Of a stretch of DNA of 64,000 nucleotides, positions 53,641-64,000 are shown one piece after another. The stretch spans positions 5,394,001 through 5,458,000 of the forward strand of contig JAQFVV010000002.1 of assembly GCA_028023455.1 (NCBI GenBank). Reading direction: 5' to 3'. Origin of the DNA: Epiperipatus broadwayi (taxonomy: Eukaryota > Animalia > Onychophora). Every line of letters begins with the position of its first letter. Position 1 is the first letter of the stretch. The notes beneath the pieces were generated by a model. That model was not told the DNA's origin, searched no databases, and saw only the letters and a list, made by a program, of their open reading frames with translations. The translations under genes were made by a program, and so were the position numbers.

Positions 53641-55029
53641 GTGTAACTATATGTAATTCTGGCTTTAACATGCATGTAAATGTTAAATACATAATCCAAG
53701 CTGAGTTCAGGTCTGAAATAGTTTTGTTAAAAAATTAGTTATTTCTGAGATAAAAATGAAGAACAGAATACGTTATAAGATATAACATTAGATAAGTTGT
53801 AAAAGTTGTATATATATATAATTTGAAATGAGACTTGAGAGCAACACTAAATAATAAGTAGACAAAGGGTGATGGAGGTGGGGAGGAGAAGGAAGAGGAG
53901 AAAAAGAGAATGAGCATAAATCAGATTAAATTAGAATTCTGTAATATAGGCAAATAGTTAATGGGTAGACCAGCCACATAAAATAATGGATAGGCATATT
54001 GGTTGACATTGAAGAGAAGTGCATTGAAAGGGTATAGAATGAGTGCACTATTTAATGTGATAGTAAAGAGAAAATGATAATTTTATAATTGTTGAAAATC
54101 ACTATATTGAAAAAAAAATTAAAAAAAAATCAATGTTGACAAGATTGAGAGTAAAACAAAAAGATCCAATCAAAAAAAAAAAAGAAATAACATATGAAGA
54201 TGAAATGGAAATTCCAGAATCAAATTAAAAACATTGAGATGAAAAATCCAAATTCCCAGATTAAGTAAATAGTGACTTGGAAATAATCATAAAGTTGATC
54301 CAGAAAAAAAAAACAGTGAATCATGGAAGAAATATTAAAAGAAAATGGATAAAAAAATCAACAAGCTATGAAAAAAGAAAATCATCAAACCACGAGTAAA
54401 ATGCTGAAAAGAGAGAGAGAAATCATCAAATAATAGTAAAAGCATTAAATGAAATGAAGTTAAAAAAAAAAACCCCACAAGCTATATCTGAGCATCTCCA
54501 AAAGCTGAAAAGTAAAGTTCAATTAAATAAATTTTAAAAAAAATTAGCAGATATGTCAACCAAAAATAGAAAGAGAAGCCAGAGATGGTAAAGTTTAAAA
54601 TGCATAAAGTGATGATGCATAATAGACAAAGTGAAAATAAAAAGGAAGAAGCTATATTAAAAAATACAAAACAACATAAAGGAAACAATAATAAAGTAAA
54701 CGAGCTACAAGATCAGGGGTAATGAAAGAAAGATAAAAGAAAAATAATTAATTAGTGAAAAACAATATGAAAGATTACTGAAAATAAGAGAACAGAAAGT
54801 CACAAACAAAAAACTAGTCAAGAGATAATCTATTATTGAAAAGATATATGCCGATCAAAGAGATGGGAAAAAGTAAAAGCTTAGCAAAAATATACAAAAA
54901 AATCAACAAATATGATTCAGAAATGAATTGTTTAAGAAGCATATAGACTGAAGTAAAAAGAATAAGTAAAGAAATTCTAAGATGGAACCTCTTTATATGC
55001 AATGATCTGCATAGAGTAAATCAATTTAA

Positions 55030-55500
55030 AAAAAAAAAAAGAGGTAAGACCAATGAGGTGATACTTTTCAAAAGTATAGAGACACATTATTGGATTTCTA
55101 CTGGATAGGAAGAAAAATACAAATATAAAGCACATATAACTTTCTTTTGGAGTCAGGGGGTTAAACTAAGGACATTAAGTGTTTGCTCCTGATGGAAGCA
55201 AATTATTTGAATAATTCAGAGAATACTGCATAAGATAGAATGGATGCTCACTGGAATTAGTTGAAGGATAATTGAACAAATAGATGAGCTGTTAAATATG
55301 ACTGATATAAGCAAATAACTATGAAACATTTTCAATTGTAAAGAATATTTTGACTAGCAAAATAACCCCCCAAATAAAGTCAGAGAGCAATTTTATGATA
55401 ATGCAATGAAAATATATCAGGAAAAATAATAACTAGAAAAAAGCAATGGAGAGTATCAGAATGTCCAAAATTTAAGGAAATATTAAAAAACTAAAAACAA
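55030..55500 (+). mobile_element. Decayed RTE-like LINE RT remnant
   Basis: gaggtaagaccaatgaggtgatac resembles GVRQGDT; A-rich LINE-like composition. The upstream 53.9-55.0 kb may belong to the same element. Confidence 0.3.
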
Positions 55501-55884
55501 AGTAAAACTAAGATTGGGGAAAACTCTGCAAAAAAAAAAACCCAACAGTGTTCATTTCTGCTGTAAAACTATAGTTTTTCATTTCCCAAAAGATTCTTGA
55601 GAACCTCGATAGATCATTCCATACTCACCAGATGAAAAAAAACTCAATCACATATCAAATTTATTAGTCTGAGATGAAGATGATGTCCTGGAGTATGCGT
55701 AAGCTAAAAAAACAGTAGAAAATTTCTTGTCAAACTCCATGATAATCTGAGACATGAGTATAGACAGGTTATGGAATTATGCAGTAGTGTGTGCTACCAT
55801 ACTATTTTCAAATCATTCTTATTAGATTCTTAAGACTGGCTACTTTCTATTGGATAGTATAACACAGTACATATTTGTTGGGAC

Positions 55885-56375
55885 TATCTATACACCAGCT
55901 AAATGCTATTTCTTTGTTAATTGTAATTATACCTATAGTATGAGATACAAAATACAGCTTTGAACCAGTCACCACATTCCTAGATTTTTGATTAAATAAT
56001 ATGTATGAGTAGATTTTCCAGCATCGACTCCCACTTCTAATGCAAGATAGGTTCCTTGTGAGGAATAGTAGCACTATTTAGGCATATAATTTGGAGGCGA
56101 TGCAGCAATAATAAATAAAAAAAGAATTATTGATGGTTATTTTTTGGAACTATCTACATATCTGACGAATATTCTTGATATCATTTCTCTTTTAATTGTA
56201 ATTACAAAATACAATTGTGATCCAGTCAACTGATTAAATAATGTTTATGAGTAGATATTGCAGTATAGATAAGAGAAATTACTTGTGGGGATAATAACAC
56301 TATTAAGTATATAGTCTGGGTTGATGCAGCAATAATAAAAAAATGAAAAGAAATATTGGTGGTTATTAAAACATG
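55885..56375. repeat. Diverged tandem duplication, ~250-bp unit x 2
   Basis: Shared blocks tgagtagat, cttgtg.gga.t..ta.cactatt, gatgcagcaataataaa and aagaa.tatt..tggttatt at ~56005-56140 and ~56248-56370. Confidence 0.7.
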
Positions 56376-56840
56376 AAACTCTTAAGTTTAATGTAAATCA
56401 TTAATAACCCATCATTCTTAAATCTTTATTATCAGCTCTTCTTCAAGAACAAACAATAGATCAATAGAAGATGCAAAACATACGTAAGCTGGTGCACAGC
56501 AGAAGCAGTACCAATTAAATCAATATCCCCCCCCCCCCAATGAGTGAATAATTTCATAGCTTATAAGGTCATTAAAACAAAATGTAGCATAACATAACCA
56601 AAACAAAATTTTAATAATGAGAAATGAAAATAGATCATCACTTCCTTGTTTCATCATTTTTTAAAAGGAGGTATAGTAATTATGAGAACTTAGCTAAGCA
56701 TAGTTCATTCTAAATTATAACTTATCTAAACAAGCAGCAATTCTTAAATCATGATACACATACCACCAGTGCTAATGAAATATAAACTATTCTTGAAAAA
56801 TTATATTTAAATACTTTATTATATAAAACTATTATAAATA

Positions 56841-57899
56841 CATGGGTCTCTTTTTACATGGACTTATTTAACACAATTTCGAAGTTACGCGATTTGTGTT
56901 TCACCGGAAGTGTGTTAAATAAGTCCGCGTAAAAAGAGACCCATGTGTATGAACTTCGATAATGCGCTATTACTTTAAATAATAAATTTCGCGCACTTAT
57001 GTTATATTGAGAGTAATAGCACATTATTGGAATTCGACTTTCATCTTAGTAATTTCAATATTTTCAGTGCTTTATAATAGTAAGATTTTATGCAATAATG
57101 AAATTAAAATCATAATTTCCACATTTTATCTATACACACATTAAATTTTACAAGATTATAATGTAAATTTGTTCAAACATTGTACGTGTTAATTTTTCAT
57201 TTTAAATCACATTGTTTTTGCTTTTTAAAAAAGAACGTAATCAATTATTAATCATTTAGTGTGCACAAGTTTATTTTTAAAAGGTCAGTAATAGCAGTGG
57301 GCATAATTAAATCTGACAATTAAAAATTAAAATCTGATTTTTAATTGTAATTAACAATTTAAAAATTACTTACTGCGACTTGAAATTAATGTGAAATTTG
57401 ATTTTTAAACCGAATTGAAAATTAAAGACAAAAATAAGAATTTAATTTTTAGTTGTTAGTTTCATAAACAATTAATAAAATCATCGTCTCAAAGATTAAT
57501 TACATTGTTACCAGAAAACCACTGTTATAACATGAGTGTGAAGTTGGCGCTAGTTGTTTGCAAACGAACAAAACGTGTATAAAAAATGTACTGTACTGTA
57601 AATTATGCATAAAAATATATTATTTTGAATAAAATTAAATATTATAGTTAAAAAAAGTTTGTTTTGTATCAATTTTTTTTAAATTTGAAATTTTTTATTA
57701 GTCATATTTTATTTTCTTATATTTTTTTTTGCGCGAATTTTAAAGTAATTTTACATTGGTGCTTTGCTTTTACGTGAATTTTGAAAAATCACAGACCGCA
57801 CCCCCCCTTTTTCAATGTAAGTTACGTCTATTTTTGCACGATTTCGTTTGCGCGTGTTTTCTGAGGAATCTATCTATCGCGTAAAACAAGACCCAGGTG
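56841..57899. mobile_element. Second copy of the pogo/Tigger-like MITE family, with a 107-bp terminal hairpin (56841-56947)
   Basis: Right end ttctgaggaatctatctatcgcgtaaaacaagacccaggtg and internal ggcgctagttg and tttgaaattttttattagtcata match 31919-32729. The left end is a TA-flanked fold-back of the TIR. Confidence 0.8.
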
Positions 57900-58352
57900 T
57901 GTATATATTTTTTGCTTATCTATTTTTTATTTTGATGCCAATGTTTTTCCAAAAACAGTGGCATGGAAAAATTTGACATTCTTTGGATAGTAATAGAACC
58001 CAAAAGGCTCAGTGACGCTGCTTTGAAATAACAAAATAAAAGTACTTCATTCTTGCTTGATTAAAAAAAAACTGAAAAGGAGGAATAAAAATTGGGGGGG
58101 GGGGTACATTTATTTTAACCACAGTATGTAAACACAAAAAATATTACATTTGTTAGGTACAAAGATGAAAATTAGTTTACTTTGAAGTCAATCCTGAAAT
58201 TAATAAATTTGTTAAACTAAGAATTTTTATACTTATAAAATTGTTTGAAATTAAAATTAAATCCAATAGGAATAATTATAGAAGTAAAGTAAAATAAGAA
58301 TGTAAGAAGAAAACACATGAACTGAGTAGTGGCAAAAATATGGTTCATTATG

Positions 58353-58594
58353 CTTCTCTCATATACACTTTAATGCAAAAAAATTTAAATAAAACTTCCT
58401 TATTTTTCTGATAGTTTCGCCTGTCCAGCAGTCTTCATCAGAGCTTCTCAATTTCCTCTACCTTTTTTTTTTTATTTAAAAGGTAGAGAAAATTGAGAAG
58501 CTCTGATAAAGACTGCTGGACAGTCGAAACTGTCAGGAAAATAAAGAAGTTTTATTATTATTATTTTTTTGCATTGAAGTGTATATGAGAGAAG
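58353..58594. ncRNA. 242-bp head-to-head palindrome with a PLE-type HHR-like motif in each arm (family B)
   Basis: Arms of ~115 bp around a short T/A spacer. Right arm ctCTGATAA-A-GAC-tgctggaca-GTC-GAAAC-T-GTC-ag; left arm (minus) ctCTGATGA-A-GAC..GGC-GAAAC-T-ATC-ag. Flanked by a 17-bp direct repeat, 58339-58355 and 58665-58681. Confidence 0.75.
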
Positions 58595-59049
58595 TTATTA
58601 TAAACAATATATAAGAATATTATATGAAGAAATGCAAAGAAAGTAAAGAAGAAAAAGAAGAGTATATGTTTCATTATGCTTTAACATAATTATATATGAA
58701 AGAAAAAAAAAGGAAGAGGTAAAGATAACATTAGATAGGAGTCAAAATGCACATAAAGAGCATTGTACAATTAAACAAGTAAGTTATCCCATCAATTCTT
58801 AGAAAGATCCCAATTATAACAGTTGTCTTTCATTACAGTAATTCATTGACAGTTACTTAAGAGGAACAAAGTTGCTAGGGTATTTCTAGTGATAGCTTCA
58901 TCTATAAAAATACATTTCTGGAGAATGAAAACTATCAAACCATGTAATAAAATCACTAGAAGTGCACTAGCTGTAGCATCTCAATTATATTGGTTCTCCA
59001 ATCATAAGCTAATATCTCTACAAATATAGAAATGATGATGCTTTAAAAT

Positions 59050-60170
59050 ATAAATTTTTCCTGCCTATATAAGCCTATCGAAACATGATTAATGACCCTA
59101 AGAAGAGAGCAGATACCAAATAAGAAGTCAATACTGATCAGCCAAAGCTAAGAATTTCATTATAACTGGAATCAAATATAATCATAATGCAGGATCAATG
59201 AATTACAAATTGCTTTTTGTAGATATACCTATGACTAAATGTAAGCATACTGAATTACCAAAGAAGCCGCTATAAGACATTTTAGTTATATAAATATGCA
59301 AATAAAAGGGCTCAATAACTAAATATAATTCAATTATCATAAAATACTATTTTTTTAATATTTTTATTGTATTAAGTTTTTTGTTATAATTACTAATACT
59401 GTGTGAAAATGTACATATTCTATATTTATTGTTACTTCTGTGAAGAATGTGTGTATGTTAAAAATGAAGTACCTGTGAAATTACAAGAGATTAATTCTTA
59501 TCATTAAATAAACTTTAATTTTCATAATAACTAGCCTGTGTGCTCTTTCTCATATATACATTTAAATTTGTAATAATATCTGTTTATATGAATTTTGTAT
59601 TTAAAATGATAGACACAGATCAAGATCTTTCATTAAATTTTGTCCTATAAATTTATTTAGATGTCTGGGTCATTTTTATCTATATCAAATGCATTGATCA
59701 ACAGTTCATTCTTGATCTGGGGTAACCATGTTCTGAACTGGGAAAATGCTGGGATGTTAATAGTGCAAAATTGGAATACTACTTGATGGTAATGTATGCA
59801 TAAATATTTTTTCCAAATGAAAGTAACAGTCAAAGTTAAGGGATAGTATAGTTCAAGCTATATATATAAATAATGCTTGTGAATTGCAATTAAATAGTTT
59901 AGCACATGATGATCAGGAAATATGACCCGGATATCTTAGATAAAATAGTCATACAAGTTATAAGTACTTTGATCATCATTAGTAGCATATTAACTAAATC
60001 TAATTAGAAACATATTTTTTTGGAATTAAAAGGATAACAGCAACAAAATGAATGGCTCATCGTTTTACATGAAATGAATTTATTTATACATATAAATATA
60101 TTCATCTATTTGTGAATACAGTATATTCATCTGTTTGTGTTTCTGCAAGTTATTCCCAGTACATATTGAT
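59050..60170 (+). repeat. ~1.1-kb dispersed repeat copy 2 (possibly a decayed Tc1-like element)
   Basis: Collinear with 52500-53640; TMF*TG and LNLIRNIFFGIKR (LNPIEN.W..IKR-like). Confidence 0.6.
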
Positions 60171-61227
60171 ATTTTTTATTTTATTGTTTTTGAAATAGTT
60201 CAAATTAGTTATAATAATGACATTGGAAAAATCATGATATAAAAGAATAATAAAATTTATATAAAATGTGAATTATTAATTACAATATTTGATTTGTAAT
60301 TTTACTTTAATGAAAGTATGTATCAAATTCTTAAAAATTCAGAGAAATAGAGATCATTTTGCAAGCAAAAACATTGATTTAGAAGTATAAGGTATCAATT
60401 ACAGTAATCAGTCATTTTAAACACTAATCATTTTAAATTAGGACAATTTCATTTTTTTATTAGTCAATTTATTTAATTTTTTCTATTCAATTATAATAAC
60501 ACATTGGGAAAGATATTTAATAGCTCTCTTATAAATTTATTATTGATGAATAAATATTCTATACATGTTGGTATACATACAATTCCATTTAAATTGCTTA
60601 ATTTTTTTTTAGATTGTCTACAAGTGTGATTTTTAAAAATAGGCTGTAATATTAATATGGATCTAAGAATTAGTTCAACTAGAATATTGCATAATTTCGG
60701 AAAGACAAATTTATCACTACATATAATTACAAAAGGCATAGTATTTATACAAATAATAATAATTATATGACAAAAAAAAAATATAGAGTTCTGCTATATT
60801 ACACTCTCCTCCCCTAATAAGCATTAACGATAGTATAAAATTTTCTTTAAAATTCTTAATTCATTTTAACTCAATTCACTTCTGCCATCTTGTGAGTTTT
60901 TGCAAAATTAAAAACGAAGTTCCAAATCAGTGAAATAATATTTTCTTTTTACCAATTATATAATAAATAATTATTTGATCTATACATTTTTTGGGAAAAT
61001 ATTCAATCTTCTATATAAAGATTATCAATATCATATTTTTAGTTCTACACAAAAAATTTTATCAAGATAATTGTCATCTACAACAAATTCAGGATTTAAA
61101 ATTATCAAAAACAAATTCTGGATTTTAATCAAAAAAAAAAAAAAACAAGCAGGATTTAATCACATCAAAGACTTAAGAAAAAAAAAAGACATATGATTTT
61201 ATTGCTTGGGAATTCATAAGAAGTTAG

Positions 61228-61290
61228 AGTGCCAGATTCAATCCTGGGACCTCCTTATAACAAGTCGGATGTTCTACCAACTACACCAAA
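61228..61290 (-). pseudogene. tRNA-Lys-like pseudogene or tRNA-derived SINE head
   Basis: Minus strand ggtgtagttggtagaacatccgacttgttataaggaggtcccaggattgaatctgg: A box, degenerate B box, and a GGTAGA.CATC.GACTT core as in tRNA-Lys(TTT). Confidence 0.55.
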
Positions 61291-61399
61291 CATTGGAAGG
61301 TTAAGTGTTGAGGGATATTGTAGAAAGGATCAACAAGTATAAATTGTTTTTATGCTAAATTATAAAATGACATTTAATTCTATAAGCATTATTTCAATG

Positions 61400-61611
61400 A
61401 TTAAAACATTGCATCATCAAGATGTAGATCCAGGATACTGTCATATTCTGAAGAATATTTATCAAAATATAACAACTATGATTTAATATTGAGAAGAGTA
61501 TGCAACAGGATAACTCCACATCTCCAAACTTTTATGTAGTTTTTAAAAAAGTATTAGTGGATTAAAATAGGAAACTAAGGTATTAAAAGTAAATAGTGAT
61601 TATTTAAGTCA
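61400..61611 (+). mobile_element. RTE-clade LINE RT fragment, truncated at the PLE palindrome
   Basis: SMQQDNSTSPNF (GVRQGD.ISPKLF-like) and GIKVNSDYLSHI (GI.ING.YLSHLRFADD), cut off exactly at 61612. Confidence 0.65.
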
Positions 61612-62070
61612 CATATATACTATAAGTGCTCAGATATATATTAAGATAGACAATCTTCATACTTTAATGGACAGGCTCCAATCTACTACACACTCCAACT
61701 CTTCAACCGTCCATCCAATTGAAAATCTGATGATGGATGTGATAAGAATCTCGGTCAGGGTGGCCTTTGAGCATTCCATCATCAGATTTTTCAATTGGAT
61801 AGACGGTTGAAGAGTTGGAGTGTGTAGTAGATTGGAGCCTATCCATTAAAGTATGAAGATTGTCTATCTTAATATATATCTGAGCACTTATAGTATATAT
61901 GCATGGGAGATGATAATCTGGATCAACTGATGATTGCTGGTTTAGCATGAAATACATATATTGGTGATTATTTATCTTTTCAGCATATATGTGCTTGAGT
62001 ATATCAGTATTATTAGATAGACTGGAGAATGGTGGGTTGTGTGAAAGTCTGTGATCATATACCCTATATA
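61612..62070 (+). mobile_element. PLE family C 3' end with a near-perfect 5' inverted duplication (palindrome 61612-61901)
   Basis: Arms 61612-61737 and 61775-61901 differ at only about 3 positions, around a 37-bp spacer. The right arm encodes AFEH..FFNW..RLEPIH (GIY-YIG C-terminus) and leads into the HHR. Confidence 0.85.
61922..61965 (+). ncRNA. Minimal hammerhead ribozyme motif, family C (intact core)
   Basis: ATCAA CTGATGA T-TGC-tggttta-GCA-T GAAA TA-ca-TA T A TTGGT. Helix I has 5 bp (one G-U), helix II pairs TGC/GCA, and the cleavage triplet is AUA. Confidence 0.75.
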
Positions 62071-64000
62071 TTACATATATAGACACAGGTGTATATGTAA
62101 TAAGCCTGTGTTTCAGTTATTAATAATTTAATGAATTGTTAACTTAATCTAATTTATATATATATATATATTTATTTTTGAAACCTATGAACTTTAATGT
62201 AGATTGTTTATTATTTATCTGTTTTGCTTTTATCTGATAACTTTTGTAAACATTTCTGAAACTCAGAAAAAGATATGTTACATATTATAATGGTTTATCT
62301 TTTCTTTTTAAAGTAATTCAGAGCTATATATTGTCACCATGAGTAATCAACAGATATCAGATGATAATGTTATTACATCCTATTCATATTCCCAGAGTAG
62401 TTTCTGGCTTTCAAATACATTGAAGAGAAATGGCCTTAATAGTGTACATAAAAAGTGAACATGTTTCTTTATTTATGTTATCTATAAAATATTTCCCATG
62501 AAGCAGCTATTTTTGGAAATTCACTATGAATATATTTAAAAAAAAAAAAAAAAGAAAATTAACTAGGGAAGAGGAGGTAAACAACAACTTCTAATTACTC
62601 CTCTCTTCCTATAAATAGAATGCATTTGCATAAGCAAGCATCTTCATTTGTACAGATTTCAATTCATGATGAACTCTTGGTAAATAAATAAAAAAGGCAG
62701 TAATATATAAAATCATATAACAAAAAATTTTCTATCCAAAATAAAAATTTTCTAATAATTTTAAGGTCCATAAATAAATTAAAATTATTAAATATGTAAC
62801 ACTGAGAATGTAAACTTATTAATAGAACAATTAAATCCAATATATTACTATATTTCACAAGTCAGATTTTCTCATAGTAATGGCAATTAATATGAAAAAA
62901 ATAAATTTAAATAAATTACAAAAATGATCCTTTATCGATAAAGTTTTTAAATTAATAAAAATTTCAAAAGGAATATGCAGAAATAAATAAATCACTCTAA
63001 ACTTATGTCCAAGAATATTAAAAATCTACAATAACACAACTTTGACCATAAATCAAATGGTTGCATTTAAGTCATTTTAGATTTGTGTATGACAATTTGA
63101 ATTAAAACATTTGCTATTTATATTTAGCTAGTTTGAGGAAACACTTAAAAATATAATTTTTTGTAAAACTAACATTTAATATGTTTGCATTGCTAAGGAA
63201 TATTAATTTTAATACAAAAAAAATAATATTTACTTAAATTAATAAATGATATGAAAAATATTTAAATCTTTTCAAAAAAATATTTTTTTAAAATTAATGT
63301 CTTGTTGTTTTGACATATAATGTGTACCGTAATATTTTCAGTTATAAAATAAAATAAGAACTTCATTTGATATCAAAGAGTATGGAGAAAAATAAAGAGA
63401 ATAAAACAAAAGATAAAAAAAATAAATAAATAAAATTGATTTCAAACTAATATTACTTGTGAGAGTGACTACTCAATAAAAAAAAAAACGATAGTCGATG
63501 ATTAATAAATCTTGACTAGATTTCAGAAAATAAGAAGAATCATCAGAAAAGGTATATATTGAAAAAAAAATTATAAGAAATTTCATCGAATTATTATGGA
63601 AAATGAAAGCACATATCTACCATTAATAATGATTAGAAAAGTTATTGCATTACACTTGGTTATCAACTGCTGCTACCCATATACGTATATACACGCTATA
63701 TTTTACTAGAAATTAAAGTATTTTATGTACTAAATGGCTCAATAGCTAATTTGATTATATATATATTGTAACCTTTTAATTGGTTCATTGTACTAATTGA
63801 ATATATAAAAAATATATAATTGTCCAAAATTTTAAATTTTTAAAATATAACTTGCACAAATAATTTAATATATGATATTTAAGAGAGAATCTAGTGAGGA
63901 CAAGGAATGCACTTTTTTTTATTCATTTATAATTATTTTCTTTTTATATATCAGTTATGTAATTTTAATATAAATGATTGTAACAAAGGCAAACACACTT

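Noticed and set aside
60491-60739. ORF as a host gene or RTE C-terminal remnant
   Set aside because: Only faint resemblance to YGCETW and KLKWNW motifs; insufficient either way.
62564-62611. Hairpin plus CTAG on the minus strand as a Helitron 3' end
   Set aside because: The hairpin abuts CTAG without the usual ~10-nt spacing, is purine/pyrimidine low-complexity, and no 5' TC end or family copy is evident.
370-62858. Most ORF-track entries as host genes
   Set aside because: They are 60-130 aa, F/I/L/K/N-rich as expected by chance in such AT-rich DNA, or are antisense or shadow frames of TE remnants and palindromes (e.g. 10944-11253, 14618-14974, 21891-22221, 61703-62086).
63510-63552. Minus-strand CTGATGA...GAAA-TCTAG-TC hammerhead-like string
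   Set aside because: The helix II region is almost all pyrimidine and cannot pair; single copy.
1-64000. CRISPR array, rRNA or prokaryotic operon structure
   Set aside because: No regularly spaced short repeats with unique spacers, no rRNA motifs and no gene-dense organisation; the content is eukaryotic TEs.

Overview
Very AT-rich, CpG-poor eukaryotic (most likely invertebrate animal) intergenic or intronic DNA that is largely a nested transposon graveyard. I can support no intact host gene, rRNA or CRISPR array, and most ORF-track entries are chance or antisense frames. Recognisable content: Penelope-like elements (PLEs) with RT and GIY-YIG remnants; several RTE-clade LINE fragments and an L1/Tx1-like 3' fragment; two Gypsy (Mag/K02A2.6-like) LTR elements; Merlin, hAT, pogo-type MITE and Kolobok-like DNA transposons; weak Tc1/mariner and piggyBac remnants; two tRNA-derived pseudogenes. 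Three observations stand out. (1) Three distinct families of minimal hammerhead-ribozyme (HHR) motifs; the ~120-bp family at 10.9-11.7 kb has no visible coding partner and shows compensatory helix-I changes between its three copies. (2) A head-to-head (5'-to-5') inverted-duplication architecture occurs five times, for PLE and HHR elements. (3) A complete, TSD-flanked LTR element has gag and protease followed by an acidic coiled-coil ORF instead of RT/RNaseH/integrase. All family assignments come from manual translation and motif recognition, not database searches; coordinates of decayed fragments are approximate.
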